64,000 nucleotides of DNA from contig JAIXRY010000015.1 of the NCBI GenBank assembly GCA_027484965.1, positions 91,807 through 155,806 on the forward strand. Reading direction: 5' to 3'. Positions 21,232 to 29,974 of this stretch are shown here, piece by piece (the first letter of the stretch is position 1; each line of letters opens with the position of its first letter). The notes under the pieces were generated by a model. It was not told where the DNA came from and did not search any database. It worked only from the letters and a program-made list of their open reading frames with translations. Position numbers and translations under genes: made by a program. Source of the stretch: a bacterium (GTDB taxonomy: Bacteria > Patescibacteriota > Minisyncoccia > Phycocordibacterales > UBA9973).

Positions 21232-21813
21232 CTAATCTAACAAAAATTTAAAATTAATCGGATTAATCCAAAATTTGAATTTGTTCCATAAAGATAATGG
21301 CTCTTTGGAAATTATTACAAATTGTGAGTCAGATGTTGCTTGTAAGTGATATAAGCCAACTCCATGTTCTCCTGCATTAATTGGAACATTTGGACAGAAT
21401 GTGTATTCTGCATAGTCTGGATAAATAACCTTAACACAATGTACTTGAGGATTAATCACAATCCTTTCGTTGTAAACATCGAAAGTGTAATCTTGTCCTT
21501 TTGTAACTGTAATCGTCTCAGAATAAGGAATATTCATTCTAATAATGAATCCGATAATTAAGATGATTATTCCTGGTCCTTTTATAAATTTCCATAAAGA
21601 AAATTTCTCAGTTTGTGTTTCAGAAGAATTGTTTACAGAATTTGTTGTCCCTGTACCTGATGTTGTGGTGGTTGTGGTAGTGTTTTGATTATCTCCACCT
21701 TGCTGATTTTGGTTTGTTGGTTTTTTGGTTATTTTATTAATCCAAAAAATTATCGCCCAAATTAGTAAAAAAAGAATAATTCCAACACTAAGCATTGTCG
21801 TCATCCTTTCCAT
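21232..21813 (-). CDS. hypothetical membrane protein with T/N/Q-rich linker
   Basis: Two hydrophobic segments, poly-Thr tract; overlaps the upstream SPFH gene. Confidence 0.6.
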   Translation of the reverse strand: MERMTTMLSVGIILFLLIWAIIFWINKITKKPTNQNQQGGDNQNTTTTTTTSGTGTTNSVNNSSETQTEKFSLWKFIKGPGIIILIIGFIIRMNIPYSETITVTKGQDYTFDVYNERIVINPQVHCVKVIYPDYAEYTFCPNVPINAGEHGVGLYHLQATSDSQFVIISKEPLSLWNKFKFWINPINFKFLLD

Positions 21814-22903
21814 CTAAAAGAATATTTGTACTTTTATCTCCCAATACCAATGTTTTGATTTTAGTTTCTTTTATTGCATCAGCTATAAGGATTATCTTAG
21901 TGTTAGGATTATCCTTCATTGCGTTGGCTAATTCAATTTTAGGTTTGTTTTTAGCTCTACCAACTTTTTCTTCATGATAAGCTAAACCATCAGCAGTTTT
22001 CTTTTTTTGCTTAAATTCTTCTTCAGCAATTTCTGTGTTTTTTCTAGCCTCATCTAGTTTAATCCTGGCTTCTTTTACAGCTTTGAAACTTTCATCAAGT
22101 TGGTAGCCAATAAAGTTTACCGAATTGATCCTAATACCAGTAGTATCTTCAATTTTTGGATTTCCTCCTTCACTTGAATGATCTTCGTTGATAGATAAGA
22201 TTCCTCCAATTAAATCATCGTTACTCGCAGAGCTTTTTGTTTCTGCTTTTGTTTCTTTTGTTACATCCTCTAATGATCTTCTTCCCACATATTCACGAAC
22301 CACGTCCGATACTCTTCCGGTTAGAAGAGCAAGATAATTACTTGACCCAAATAACGCTGTTCCAGCGTGAGTGAGCTCCACTCCAATTACTAGATCCATA
22401 TCAATAGCGATCTCATCTTCTGTTTCACACCCAGTAACTCTAACTGCGTAAGGATACAGTGCTTTGATTTGAGATACAGGTTCATCGCGAGGAATAAATT
22501 CATACTTCATTGTTGTCTTGTCTTTGATAGCATACTTCACCCAACTGTGTTTGTATGTGTGCTTACGATACATTGGGTATAGGTCCATCCATATAAAACC
22601 TTTGTTTGGCTTTGGGGTAAAATTAATACTACGATCAGTTTCTTTAAAAATTTCTCCTGTAGTAGGGTGTACAACTTTGCCAGAAATATTACCAATATAT
22701 TTTACTGGTGTATCTCCTTTTTTAATAACGATAACAGCTCCCGCAGGGACTGTTGTAAAAAATCTACTTTCCTTGCCATTTGCAAGATCTTCTCGCGAGA
22801 GATATTCTTGTAATAGAGGGAAGTAGTAGAAGTAGATAAGTAGGATCCCAATTATCAACCCAGTGATAATTACTGCCCAGACGATTGTGTTTATTGTTTC
22901 CAT
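21788..22903 (-). CDS. SPFH/band-7-like membrane protein
   Basis: N-terminal TM, FFTTVPAG, VREYVG, GIRINSVNF, then an A/E/K coiled coil. Confidence 0.65.
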   Translation of the reverse strand: METINTIVWAVIITGLIIGILLIYFYYFPLLQEYLSREDLANGKESRFFTTVPAGAVIVIKKGDTPVKYIGNISGKVVHPTTGEIFKETDRSINFTPKPNKGFIWMDLYPMYRKHTYKHSWVKYAIKDKTTMKYEFIPRDEPVSQIKALYPYAVRVTGCETEDEIAIDMDLVIGVELTHAGTALFGSSNYLALLTGRVSDVVREYVGRRSLEDVTKETKAETKSSASNDDLIGGILSINEDHSSEGGNPKIEDTTGIRINSVNFIGYQLDESFKAVKEARIKLDEARKNTEIAEEEFKQKKKTADGLAYHEEKVGRAKNKPKIELANAMKDNPNTKIILIADAIKETKIKTLVLGDKSTNILLDGKDDDNA

Positions 22904-22960
22904 TTTTTTGTCAATTTTGTTTTAATATATTATACACCTTTTATATAAAAAAGTCAAGGA

Positions 22961-23090
22961 GTTCTCGGATTTACTTTCTGGAAGCACACGTAAAATCGTG
23001 CTCGATTTTCTGCTCTGCTCGCGCCGTCGCGCTCCGCAAGGCTTCCAGAAAGTAATATCCTCGCTCGATAGTTAGTACAAAAAACCTTAA
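22961..23090 (-). repeat. structured GC-rich intergenic element, copy A
   Basis: 15-bp IR ttactttctggaagc/gcttccagaaagtaa enclosing inner hairpins; homologous to 59227-59350. Confidence 0.65.
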
Positions 23091-23104
23091 TAAATAAAGT
23101 TTTA

Positions 23105-23421
23105 GGGGAGAGGGAGGACTTGAAACTTACAGTTTCAGTACACCTTTTGGATATTTTATTTCACTCTGTTCATAAAAGTATCTCAAAAGCTTTTCAAGTC
23201 CTACTCCTGTTTTTAGAAAAAAAACAGTTGCGTCTCCCAAGCAAAAAGTCCCTAAAAGGGACTTTTTTGTGCTGACAGGACTTTCCGACTACGTCGGCAG
23301 GTACTTTTCAATCTCGTAAACTCGATAATGAAAAGTCTTTCAAGTCCTCACGAAAAGTGTGCAGACATTTTTCTTCCCGAGCACAAAATAAAAAGCCTCA
23401 AAAATGAGGCTTTTTATTTTG
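23105..23421 (-). repeat. two tandem tRNA-Leu-derived composite hairpin units
   Basis: Repeated ggacttgaa/ttcaagtcc T-arm copies, cccgagcac inverted copy, shared cassettes. Confidence 0.8.
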
Positions 23422-23503
23422 TGCTCGGGAGAGGACTTGAACCTCCATGGATCACTCCACCTGTTCCTAAGACAGGCGCGGCTACCAATTACGCCACCCG
23501 AGC
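23422..23503 (-). tRNA. tRNA-Leu(TAG)
   Basis: GCTCGGG acceptor, CCTGT-CTTAGGA-ACAGG anticodon arm, long variable arm, GGTTCAAGTCC. Confidence 0.96.
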
Positions 23504-23643
23504 ATTACAATATCAATAATGATTTTGTATAGAAATAGTACCATAAGATTTATATTTTTCAAAGTGAAAGATAATCATATAATATAGACACTTTTCCACA
23601 AAATTATCTTATTAATTTACTGTGTTTATGAGACAATATAAAT

Positions 23644-26600
23644 ATGTTAAATAATTTTAAATATTTTATAACCAGAAGCTATACACTTTTTGTGGTATCT
23701 ATCTTCATCTTCACATTTTCTATATTAAAAGTATCAGCTGTATACTATCCTACAGACAACATAACTAATCCTACATGTGCACCAGGTGCAGTAGGATGTT
23801 ATGTATCTTTACTTCCTGATCAGGTAGGTAATGCAGGTAAACTTTTAATTACTAACGGTACAAATCCTTCTTGGTCCAATACTATTGGAAATGATCTTAC
23901 TATAAATACTCTGACTGTTGGCTTAGGTGGTGGAAGTGTTTCTACTAACACAGCTGTTGGTGTTGAGACATTGTTTAGTAATACTACTGGAGGTGCTAAT
24001 ACTGCTAATGGTTTTAGATCTTTAAGAGAAAATACTACAGGTGATATGAATAGTGCTCTTGGATATAATTCACTTAGATATAATACAACCGGATCTGAAA
24101 ATGTTGCTTTTGGATATAATTCAATGTTTGCCAATACTTCAGGAGGTAAGAATTCAGCTTTTGGTAAAGAAACACTTTCTAGTAATACTACAGGTACTTA
24201 TAATACTGCAATAGGATATCAATCTCTCTTGTCTAATACATCAGGTGCATACAATGTTGCAATAGGTAATAATGCGCTTGATGCAAATACTACAGGTATA
24301 AGTAATATTGGATTTGGTCATAACGCTCTAGGAGTTAACACTTCCGGCTCATACAATATTGCTTCAGGTTGGAATACTTTATCTGCAAATACTACAGGTA
24401 GTCATAATATTGCTTTTGGTTCAGACACTCTAGGTTTAAATACTACAGGTATTCAAAATATTGCACTGGGACAACAGGCGCTAGTTAATAATTTGTCTGG
24501 TCAATATAATGTTTCAATAGGGACACAGTCACTTTTTAATAATACTACCGGTGGCAACAATCTAGCTTATGGGTACTATGCTGGTTACAATAGTCAGACA
24601 GGTTCAAATAATATTTTTATTGGAGCACAAACTGGTCTTGGTATAACAACAGGTTCAAACAACACAATCATTGGTGCTAATGTTACAGGACTCTCTTCAT
24701 CTCTTTCAAATAATATTATTATTGCAGACGGTGCAGGGAATCAAAGAATTAATATAGATAGTAATGGTAATGCAGAAATAGGTGGAAATATTTATTCTGC
24801 TGGTTTGAAGTGGAGTACAACAGCCCCTGTAGCTGACAGGCAATGGGTTGATGTAGGTTATGGAAATGGACTCTTTGTTGCTGTAGCTCAAGGTTCTGGA
24901 ACAGACAGAATTATGACATCTCCTGATGGTGTAAACTGGACATTGAGAACTCACTCTACTTCATCATTAAAATCAATCACTTATGGTAATGGAATATTCG
25001 TAGCGGCTGGTCATTCTGGTACCCGTTTTTTAACCTCTACAGATGGAATAACTTGGACAGCCCGTACTGGTACAGGACAATCGTTTTATGTAACTTACGG
25101 TAATGGTCTTTTTGTTGCTTCAAAAATAGATAATGCTGGGCTTAGAATTATAACATCTCCAGATGGAATAACTTGGACAGATAGAGTAACTCCTGTAGGA
25201 GCTGATAAACCTTGGGTTGGAATAACTTACGGTAATGGTCTTTTTGTTACTGTGGCTGAGACGAATGGAACACAGTCTATTATGACATCTCCAGATGGTA
25301 TAAACTGGACACTACAGACACACCCATCTGTTTCTTCTGGTGGATTTGAAAACGTTGCTTATGGTGATGGTAAATTTGTAGCTGTCGGTATTGGTGGTTT
25401 AGTTATGACATCTCCAGACGGAGTAAACTGGACACAACAGTCTTTCCCAAATGCAGCCCTTCTTTATCGAATAACTTATGCTGAGGGCATGTTTGTTACA
25501 GCTGGAGCTTTCTCTACAACAAACAACAATATTTATACTTCACCTGATGGTATAACTTGGACAACAAGAGTTGTTCCTAAAAATGATTGGGCTGGAGTTG
25601 CTTATGGTAATGGACGTTTTGTAATGGTTGCCTTTTCTGGAACTCTCGGTAGTCGTGTTGCATACTCTGGTAAAATGTCTACACTAGACACTTTAACAGC
25701 AAATATATTCCACGGTAATCATTTCTTTACTGCTAACATCGGCATCGGCACAACCTCTCCCTTCGGCAAACTCGACGTTGCAGGCTCATCATCAAGTACA
25801 GACTTAGTAGCATTCGACACAAACAGAAGTATCTCTGTAATCAACACAAACACTACAACAAACAACGCACAAGGTATAGCACTCCGTTCATATGGTACAG
25901 ACGGAACAACTATCCAATCAGGTGTAAAACTCCTTGCAGTTAACACAGCAAGAACAGCTACAACAATAACTTCTGATCTTGCAATCCTTACCAACAATGC
26001 TGGTACGATAAGTGAGAAGATGCGTATTCTTGCAAATGGAAAAGTAAATATTGGAACGGGTAATGTTTATAATACTGATTCAAATACTCTTCTGAATGTT
26101 TATGGTAATATGGGGGTTGTTAGAGCTAATAATCCTGCCTCTGTTTTTGTAGGAAGAACTCAATCAGGAGGACTTCCTACAGCTAGTGCTACATTAGGTA
26201 GTCTCGGAGCTGCGCTTTTTGATGGGACAAATTGGGTGGCTGGTGGTAATAGATTTGCTTTCTTTGCTGCAGAAAACTGGACAAATAGTGCGCAAGGCAC
26301 TTGGATGAGATATGCAAGTGTTCCAGTGGGTTCGAATGCATCTGTTAATATTTTAGAAATAACACCTTCAGGACAATTTAATTTTGGTACAAGCACTCTC
26401 TATCCAGCTCTCACAGAAACATCTCGATTGATGGTTAATGGTCTAGGTTCAACATCATCTACATTTACAGCTCAATTTCATAATTCAACAGGAACTTCAA
26501 ATTCTTTAGTTGTTCGTGATGATGGTAGAGTAGGTATAGGAAACAACGCTCCATCACACACCCTCCACGTCGGCTCAGGCTCTGTAGTCGGCATCGTCTC

Positions 26601-27264
26601 CCGCTTCCAAAACAGTACCGGAACCTGTGACATCAACCCAACAACAACATCACTCTCATGTAGTTCAGATATCAACCTCAAGAAGAACATCACAACTCTA
26701 AAAGATAATCAACCTTTCGTACTAAACTCTCAAACTCCAGATACAAATGTCCTTAAGAATCTAAACAAACTAACACCAGTTATCTACAACTGGACTACAG
26801 AACAAGACACAGCTACAAAACAAACAGGATTCATCGCACAAGACGTAGAACAAATCTTCCCATCTCTTGTATCTACAGACCCTACAACAAACCTCAAGTC
26901 TCTTAACTACATAGGTCTCATCCCATATGCTATAGAAGGTATTAAAGAGTTAGATATCAAGGTTAATCAGTTGAGTTCTTTGGATGATACAGTTGAAGGA
27001 ACATTTGCTTCATTGATAAAATCATATTTATCTAATGCTACAAATCGTATAACTCGTATATTTACAGGAGAAGTTTGTTTGACTGATAGTGATGGAAGTT
27101 CTGAATGTTTGAACAAACAAGAACTACACCAGTTGAAGCAATTGCTTAATAATCAAGGAGTATCAAATAATACTAGTAATCCTGTAGTAGAAGAAGAAGT
27201 TGTAATTCCTGATGAGCCTGCAATTACACCTGAAAATCCTGTAATAGAAGAAGTAATTGAATAA
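23644..27264 (+). CDS. secreted tail-fibre/adhesin-like protein with beta-roll repeats, TSPDG repeats and peptidase S74-type chaperone domain
   Basis: Signal peptide; N.A.G..(S/A)L..NTTG repeats; ~45-aa TSPDG.(N/T)WT repeats; SDINLKKNI...GFIAQDVE...SLNY. Confidence 0.85.
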   Translation: MLNNFKYFITRSYTLFVVSIFIFTFSILKVSAVYYPTDNITNPTCAPGAVGCYVSLLPDQVGNAGKLLITNGTNPSWSNTIGNDLTINTLTVGLGGGSVSTNTAVGVETLFSNTTGGANTANGFRSLRENTTGDMNSALGYNSLRYNTTGSENVAFGYNSMFANTSGGKNSAFGKETLSSNTTGTYNTAIGYQSLLSNTSGAYNVAIGNNALDANTTGISNIGFGHNALGVNTSGSYNIASGWNTLSANTTGSHNIAFGSDTLGLNTTGIQNIALGQQALVNNLSGQYNVSIGTQSLFNNTTGGNNLAYGYYAGYNSQTGSNNIFIGAQTGLGITTGSNNTIIGANVTGLSSSLSNNIIIADGAGNQRINIDSNGNAEIGGNIYSAGLKWSTTAPVADRQWVDVGYGNGLFVAVAQGSGTDRIMTSPDGVNWTLRTHSTSSLKSITYGNGIFVAAGHSGTRFLTSTDGITWTARTGTGQSFYVTYGNGLFVASKIDNAGLRIITSPDGITWTDRVTPVGADKPWVGITYGNGLFVTVAETNGTQSIMTSPDGINWTLQTHPSVSSGGFENVAYGDGKFVAVGIGGLVMTSPDGVNWTQQSFPNAALLYRITYAEGMFVTAGAFSTTNNNIYTSPDGITWTTRVVPKNDWAGVAYGNGRFVMVAFSGTLGSRVAYSGKMSTLDTLTANIFHGNHFFTANIGIGTTSPFGKLDVAGSSSSTDLVAFDTNRSISVINTNTTTNNAQGIALRSYGTDGTTIQSGVKLLAVNTARTATTITSDLAILTNNAGTISEKMRILANGKVNIGTGNVYNTDSNTLLNVYGNMGVVRANNPASVFVGRTQSGGLPTASATLGSLGAALFDGTNWVAGGNRFAFFAAENWTNSAQGTWMRYASVPVGSNASVNILEITPSGQFNFGTSTLYPALTETSRLMVNGLGSTSSTFTAQFHNSTGTSNSLVVRDDGRVGIGNNAPSHTLHVGSGSVVGIVSRFQNSTGTCDINPTTTSLSCSSDINLKKNITTLKDNQPFVLNSQTPDTNVLKNLNKLTPVIYNWTTEQDTATKQTGFIAQDVEQIFPSLVSTDPTTNLKSLNYIGLIPYAIEGIKELDIKVNQLSSLDDTVEGTFASLIKSYLSNATNRITRIFTGEVCLTDSDGSSECLNKQELHQLKQLLNNQGVSNNTSNPVVEEEVVIPDEPAITPENPVIEEVIE

Positions 27265-27276
27265 TATAAATTAAGT

Positions 27277-27445
27277 CTCAGTAGGGATCTTTCGTTACAC
27301 GAACAGTAGACCTTTTGCATTTATTTAAATCATAGATTTTCATAAATAAGCAAAAGCTTTTCGATCCCTACACGCATATGAAGCAGTTCATATGCTTGAG
27401 GGGACAAAAAAACAAAAACACCAATTTGGTGTTTTTGTTTTTTTG
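27277..27445 (-). repeat. tRNA-Lys-derived composite hairpin unit including terminator
   Basis: ctcagtagggatc direct copy, ttcgatccctac+tgaggggac inverted copy, gcatatgaa-gcag-ttcatatgc insert. Confidence 0.85.
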
Positions 27446-27518
27446 TCCCCTCAGTAGGGATCGAACCTACGACATTCTCCTTAAGAGGGAGCTACTCTAC
27501 CAGCTGAGTTATGAGGGG
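27446..27518 (-). tRNA. tRNA-Lys(CTT)
   Basis: CCCCTCA/TGAGGGG acceptor, loop CTCTTAA, GTAGGTTCGATCCCTAC. Confidence 0.94.
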
Positions 27519-27616
27519 TCTTATATTATATTTTAAAACTTACTTTTACCCCACAATTCTTTTGTTGAAGCCACTACAGCTGAGTTATGAGGGGATTATA
27601 TTAAAAAAAATATGAA

Positions 27617-27727
27617 GGGGTCTCGCCTTAATGAAAAGTCTTTTGAAGCCCATCAAGGCAATAAGCTGGGCACCTGTGGACGGTCTTGGGCACAAAGTAA
27701 ATAAACCTAGAAGGTTTATTTACTTTG
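27617..27727 (-). repeat. degenerate tRNA-Leu(TAA)-derived unit with terminator
   Basis: tgggcacaaagtaaataaacc IR with the tRNA end; retains core aatgaaaagtcttt. Confidence 0.6.
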
Positions 27728-27809
27728 TGCCCAGAGTGGGGGTCGAACCCACATCCCTTGCGAGACACGATTTTAAGTCGTGCGCGTATACCAATTCCGC
27801 CATCCGGGC
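27728..27809 (-). tRNA. tRNA-Leu(TAA)
   Basis: GCCCGGA acceptor, CACGA-CTTAAAA-TCGTG, long variable arm, GGTTCGACCCC. Confidence 0.96.
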
Positions 27810-27860
27810 AAATTATTTATTTTTAAATTATAGCATAAAATTCAGGGACAGGAATTAAAT

Positions 27861-28002
27861 GGCGGGAATCTCGACTTACAGTCGCGGGTACTTTTCAATT
27901 TTTTACTTCATAAAAAATAATGAAAAGTCTTTCGATTCCCGCACGCAAGCAAAGCAGTTTGCTTGCTCCACGTCTCAAGAAAACCCCTAATGGGTTTTCT
28001 TG
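27861..28002 (-). repeat. tRNA-Cys-derived composite hairpin unit including terminator
   Basis: ggcgggaatc direct copy, ttcgattcccgc+ccacgtctc inverted copy, gcaagcaaa-gcag-tttgcttgc insert. Confidence 0.85.
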
Positions 28003-28074
28003 AGACGTGGGCGGGAATCGAACCCGCGCATGGCGGTTTTGCAGACCGCAGCGTTACCACTTCGCCACCACGTC
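28003..28074 (-). tRNA. tRNA-Cys(GCA)
   Basis: GACGTGG/CCACGTC acceptor, GCGGT-CTGCAAA-ACCGC, U discriminator. Confidence 0.96.
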
Positions 28075-28107
28075 AATATTATATGTTCAATATATAATAT
28101 ATCTTAT

Positions 28108-28482
28108 TTAATCTTTTGTCACTTCTGTATCTTCTTCTGATGAGTTGTCTAAATGTGAATTGTCGTCGCGGAGTATTTGGTCAATTTTTTGCTTCATATG
28201 CTCTCCGTGATCAATCGAGACATCTAAGAAGGGAATTGTGTGAGTTTGGAGTCTCTTCTTTATTTCTTTTCTTATTTCACCTCTGTGGCGTTTTAGAAAT
28301 CCAAAAGCCGCATCTTCTTTGTCTTGAGGAAGACAGGTGAAATATATAGTCGCATTTTTTCCGTCATCAGATATTTCTGTACGAGTGATTGTAATAAGGG
28401 AAGTATTACCAGAGTTTGCTCCTATATATGAACTCGCTATTTCTTTTACGAGTATAGAGATTTTTTCGTTTCTATGTGCCAT
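28108..28482 (-). CDS. rbfA: ribosome-binding factor A
   Basis: Downstream of infB; ITITRTEISDDGKNATIY, IPFL. Confidence 0.88.
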   Translation of the reverse strand: MAHRNEKISILVKEIASSYIGANSGNTSLITITRTEISDDGKNATIYFTCLPQDKEDAAFGFLKRHRGEIRKEIKKRLQTHTIPFLDVSIDHGEHMKQKIDQILRDDNSHLDNSSEEDTEVTKD

Positions 28483-28483
28483 A

Positions 28484-29974
28484 TTATTTTTGTACCATAA
28501 TAAATGATTCTAAGATATCTCCAGACGCTATGTCGAGCTTTGCTTCTACAAATAGTCCACATTCTTCTCCTTCTATAGCGTCTTTTGTTTTTGACTTACT
28601 CTTTTGTACTTCAAGAATTTTTCCACGCCCAATTTCGTTTTCGCGACGGATAATTCTAACAATACTTCCTGATTCTATGCGTCCAGAAATAACTTTTCCT
28701 CCAACAACTTGTTTGTCGCGAGTTTGTGAAAATGTTTTTATTATTTTTAGTTGTCCGATAGATTCTATAGTCTCAACACGAGGTCTCTTTGCTTCGAGGT
28801 TTACTTCAAGCCATTCAGTGAGTTTGTAGATTATGTTGAAGAGTTCTATTGTGAGTCCAAGTTTTTCATTTGTGTCACGAGCAATAGGATCAATTTTTAC
28901 ATTAAATCCAACAATAACAGTGTCTTTGTCACTTGCAGCACGCTTGATATCTCCTTCAGAAATATTACCGACACCACAAGTCATTATTTTGTATGCAATT
29001 TTTTCTTGTGCAAGTTTCTTTACTTCTTTTTCAATAGCTTCAGCTGTTCCTAATACATCTGTTTTAATGATGAGGGGAATATATTTCTTTTCTGTGTCAG
29101 TAACTTCTACTGCAGATGATTCGTCTTGCCAATCAGCGATACTTTCTTCAGCTTCTTTCTTTGTATCAACAGTTGTAAATCTTGTTCCGACTTTTGGAAC
29201 ATTTGACCATCCAGAGACTCTTATGGCGTTTGAAAAACTTGCACTTTGAACAGGCTTACCCAAAAAATCTTCAAGCATCTTTGTACTTGCATATGCATTT
29301 CCAGCAACTATAAATTGACCTTTTTTAACAGTTCCATTTTTAATTATAAGAGTTGCTTGGGCGCCAATTTTAGAATCACTTTTTGATTCTATAATTAGTC
29401 CGTTAGCTGGGATTTCTGGCGTTCCTACAAATTCTTCCAAGTCAGCAACAAGACTGATTGTTTCAAAAAGATCTGGAACCCCTTCTCCTGTTTTTGCAGA
29501 AATGAGTACGAAAGGTGTTGTCCCTCCCATACCTTCTAGATACACTTCGTTTTCAGCAAGATCCATTTTTGTCTTGTCTACGTTTGCTCCTGGTTTGTCT
29601 ATTTTGTTTATTCCAACAATAAAAGGTACTTCATTTTCTTTGATTGTTTTTATTGCTTCAAGAGTTTGCATCTTTACACTATCTTCAGCAGACACTATAA
29701 GGATTGCAATATCGGCAACCTGAGCTCCACGAGAGCGCATACCAGAGAATGCAGCATGTCCTGGTGTGTCAATGAATGTTATTGCGCGTTCTTTTCCGTC
29801 AGAAGTTTTATGCTTTACTTCATAAGCAGATAAGTGTTGAGTTATTCCTCCAGCTTCTCCGTCTACGATGTTTGTTTTGCGAATGTAGTCGAGAAGGGTA
29901 GATTTACCATGGTCAACGTGTCCCATGATTACTACTACCGGCGCTCTTTCTTTTGTGGTTATTTTTATACTCAT
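28484..29974 (-). CDS. infB: translation initiation factor IF-2 (no N-terminal domain)
   Basis: MGHVDHGKSTLLD, EAGGITQH, DTPGH, NKID. Confidence 0.97.
   Translation of the reverse strand: MSIKITTKERAPVVVIMGHVDHGKSTLLDYIRKTNIVDGEAGGITQHLSAYEVKHKTSDGKERAITFIDTPGHAAFSGMRSRGAQVADIAILIVSAEDSVKMQTLEAIKTIKENEVPFIVGINKIDKPGANVDKTKMDLAENEVYLEGMGGTTPFVLISAKTGEGVPDLFETISLVADLEEFVGTPEIPANGLIIESKSDSKIGAQATLIIKNGTVKKGQFIVAGNAYASTKMLEDFLGKPVQSASFSNAIRVSGWSNVPKVGTRFTTVDTKKEAEESIADWQDESSAVEVTDTEKKYIPLIIKTDVLGTAEAIEKEVKKLAQEKIAYKIMTCGVGNISEGDIKRAASDKDTVIVGFNVKIDPIARDTNEKLGLTIELFNIIYKLTEWLEVNLEAKRPRVETIESIGQLKIIKTFSQTRDKQVVGGKVISGRIESGSIVRIIRRENEIGRGKILEVQKSKSKTKDAIEGEECGLFVEAKLDIASGDILESFIMVQK

Noticed and set aside
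23328-23519. 63-aa ORF (and the similar 27631-27858 ORF, both starting MKSL)
   Set aside because: Both are antisense to tRNA-Leu genes; the shared start comes from the aatgaaaagtct cassette core
23644-27264. Prophage inferred from the S74 tail-fibre domain
   Set aside because: The gene has a signal peptide, and no integrase, terminase, capsid or tail genes are in the window
23105-28002. CRISPR array
   Set aside because: The repeats are tRNA-derived, irregular and partly inverted; there is no constant repeat-spacer period and no cas gene
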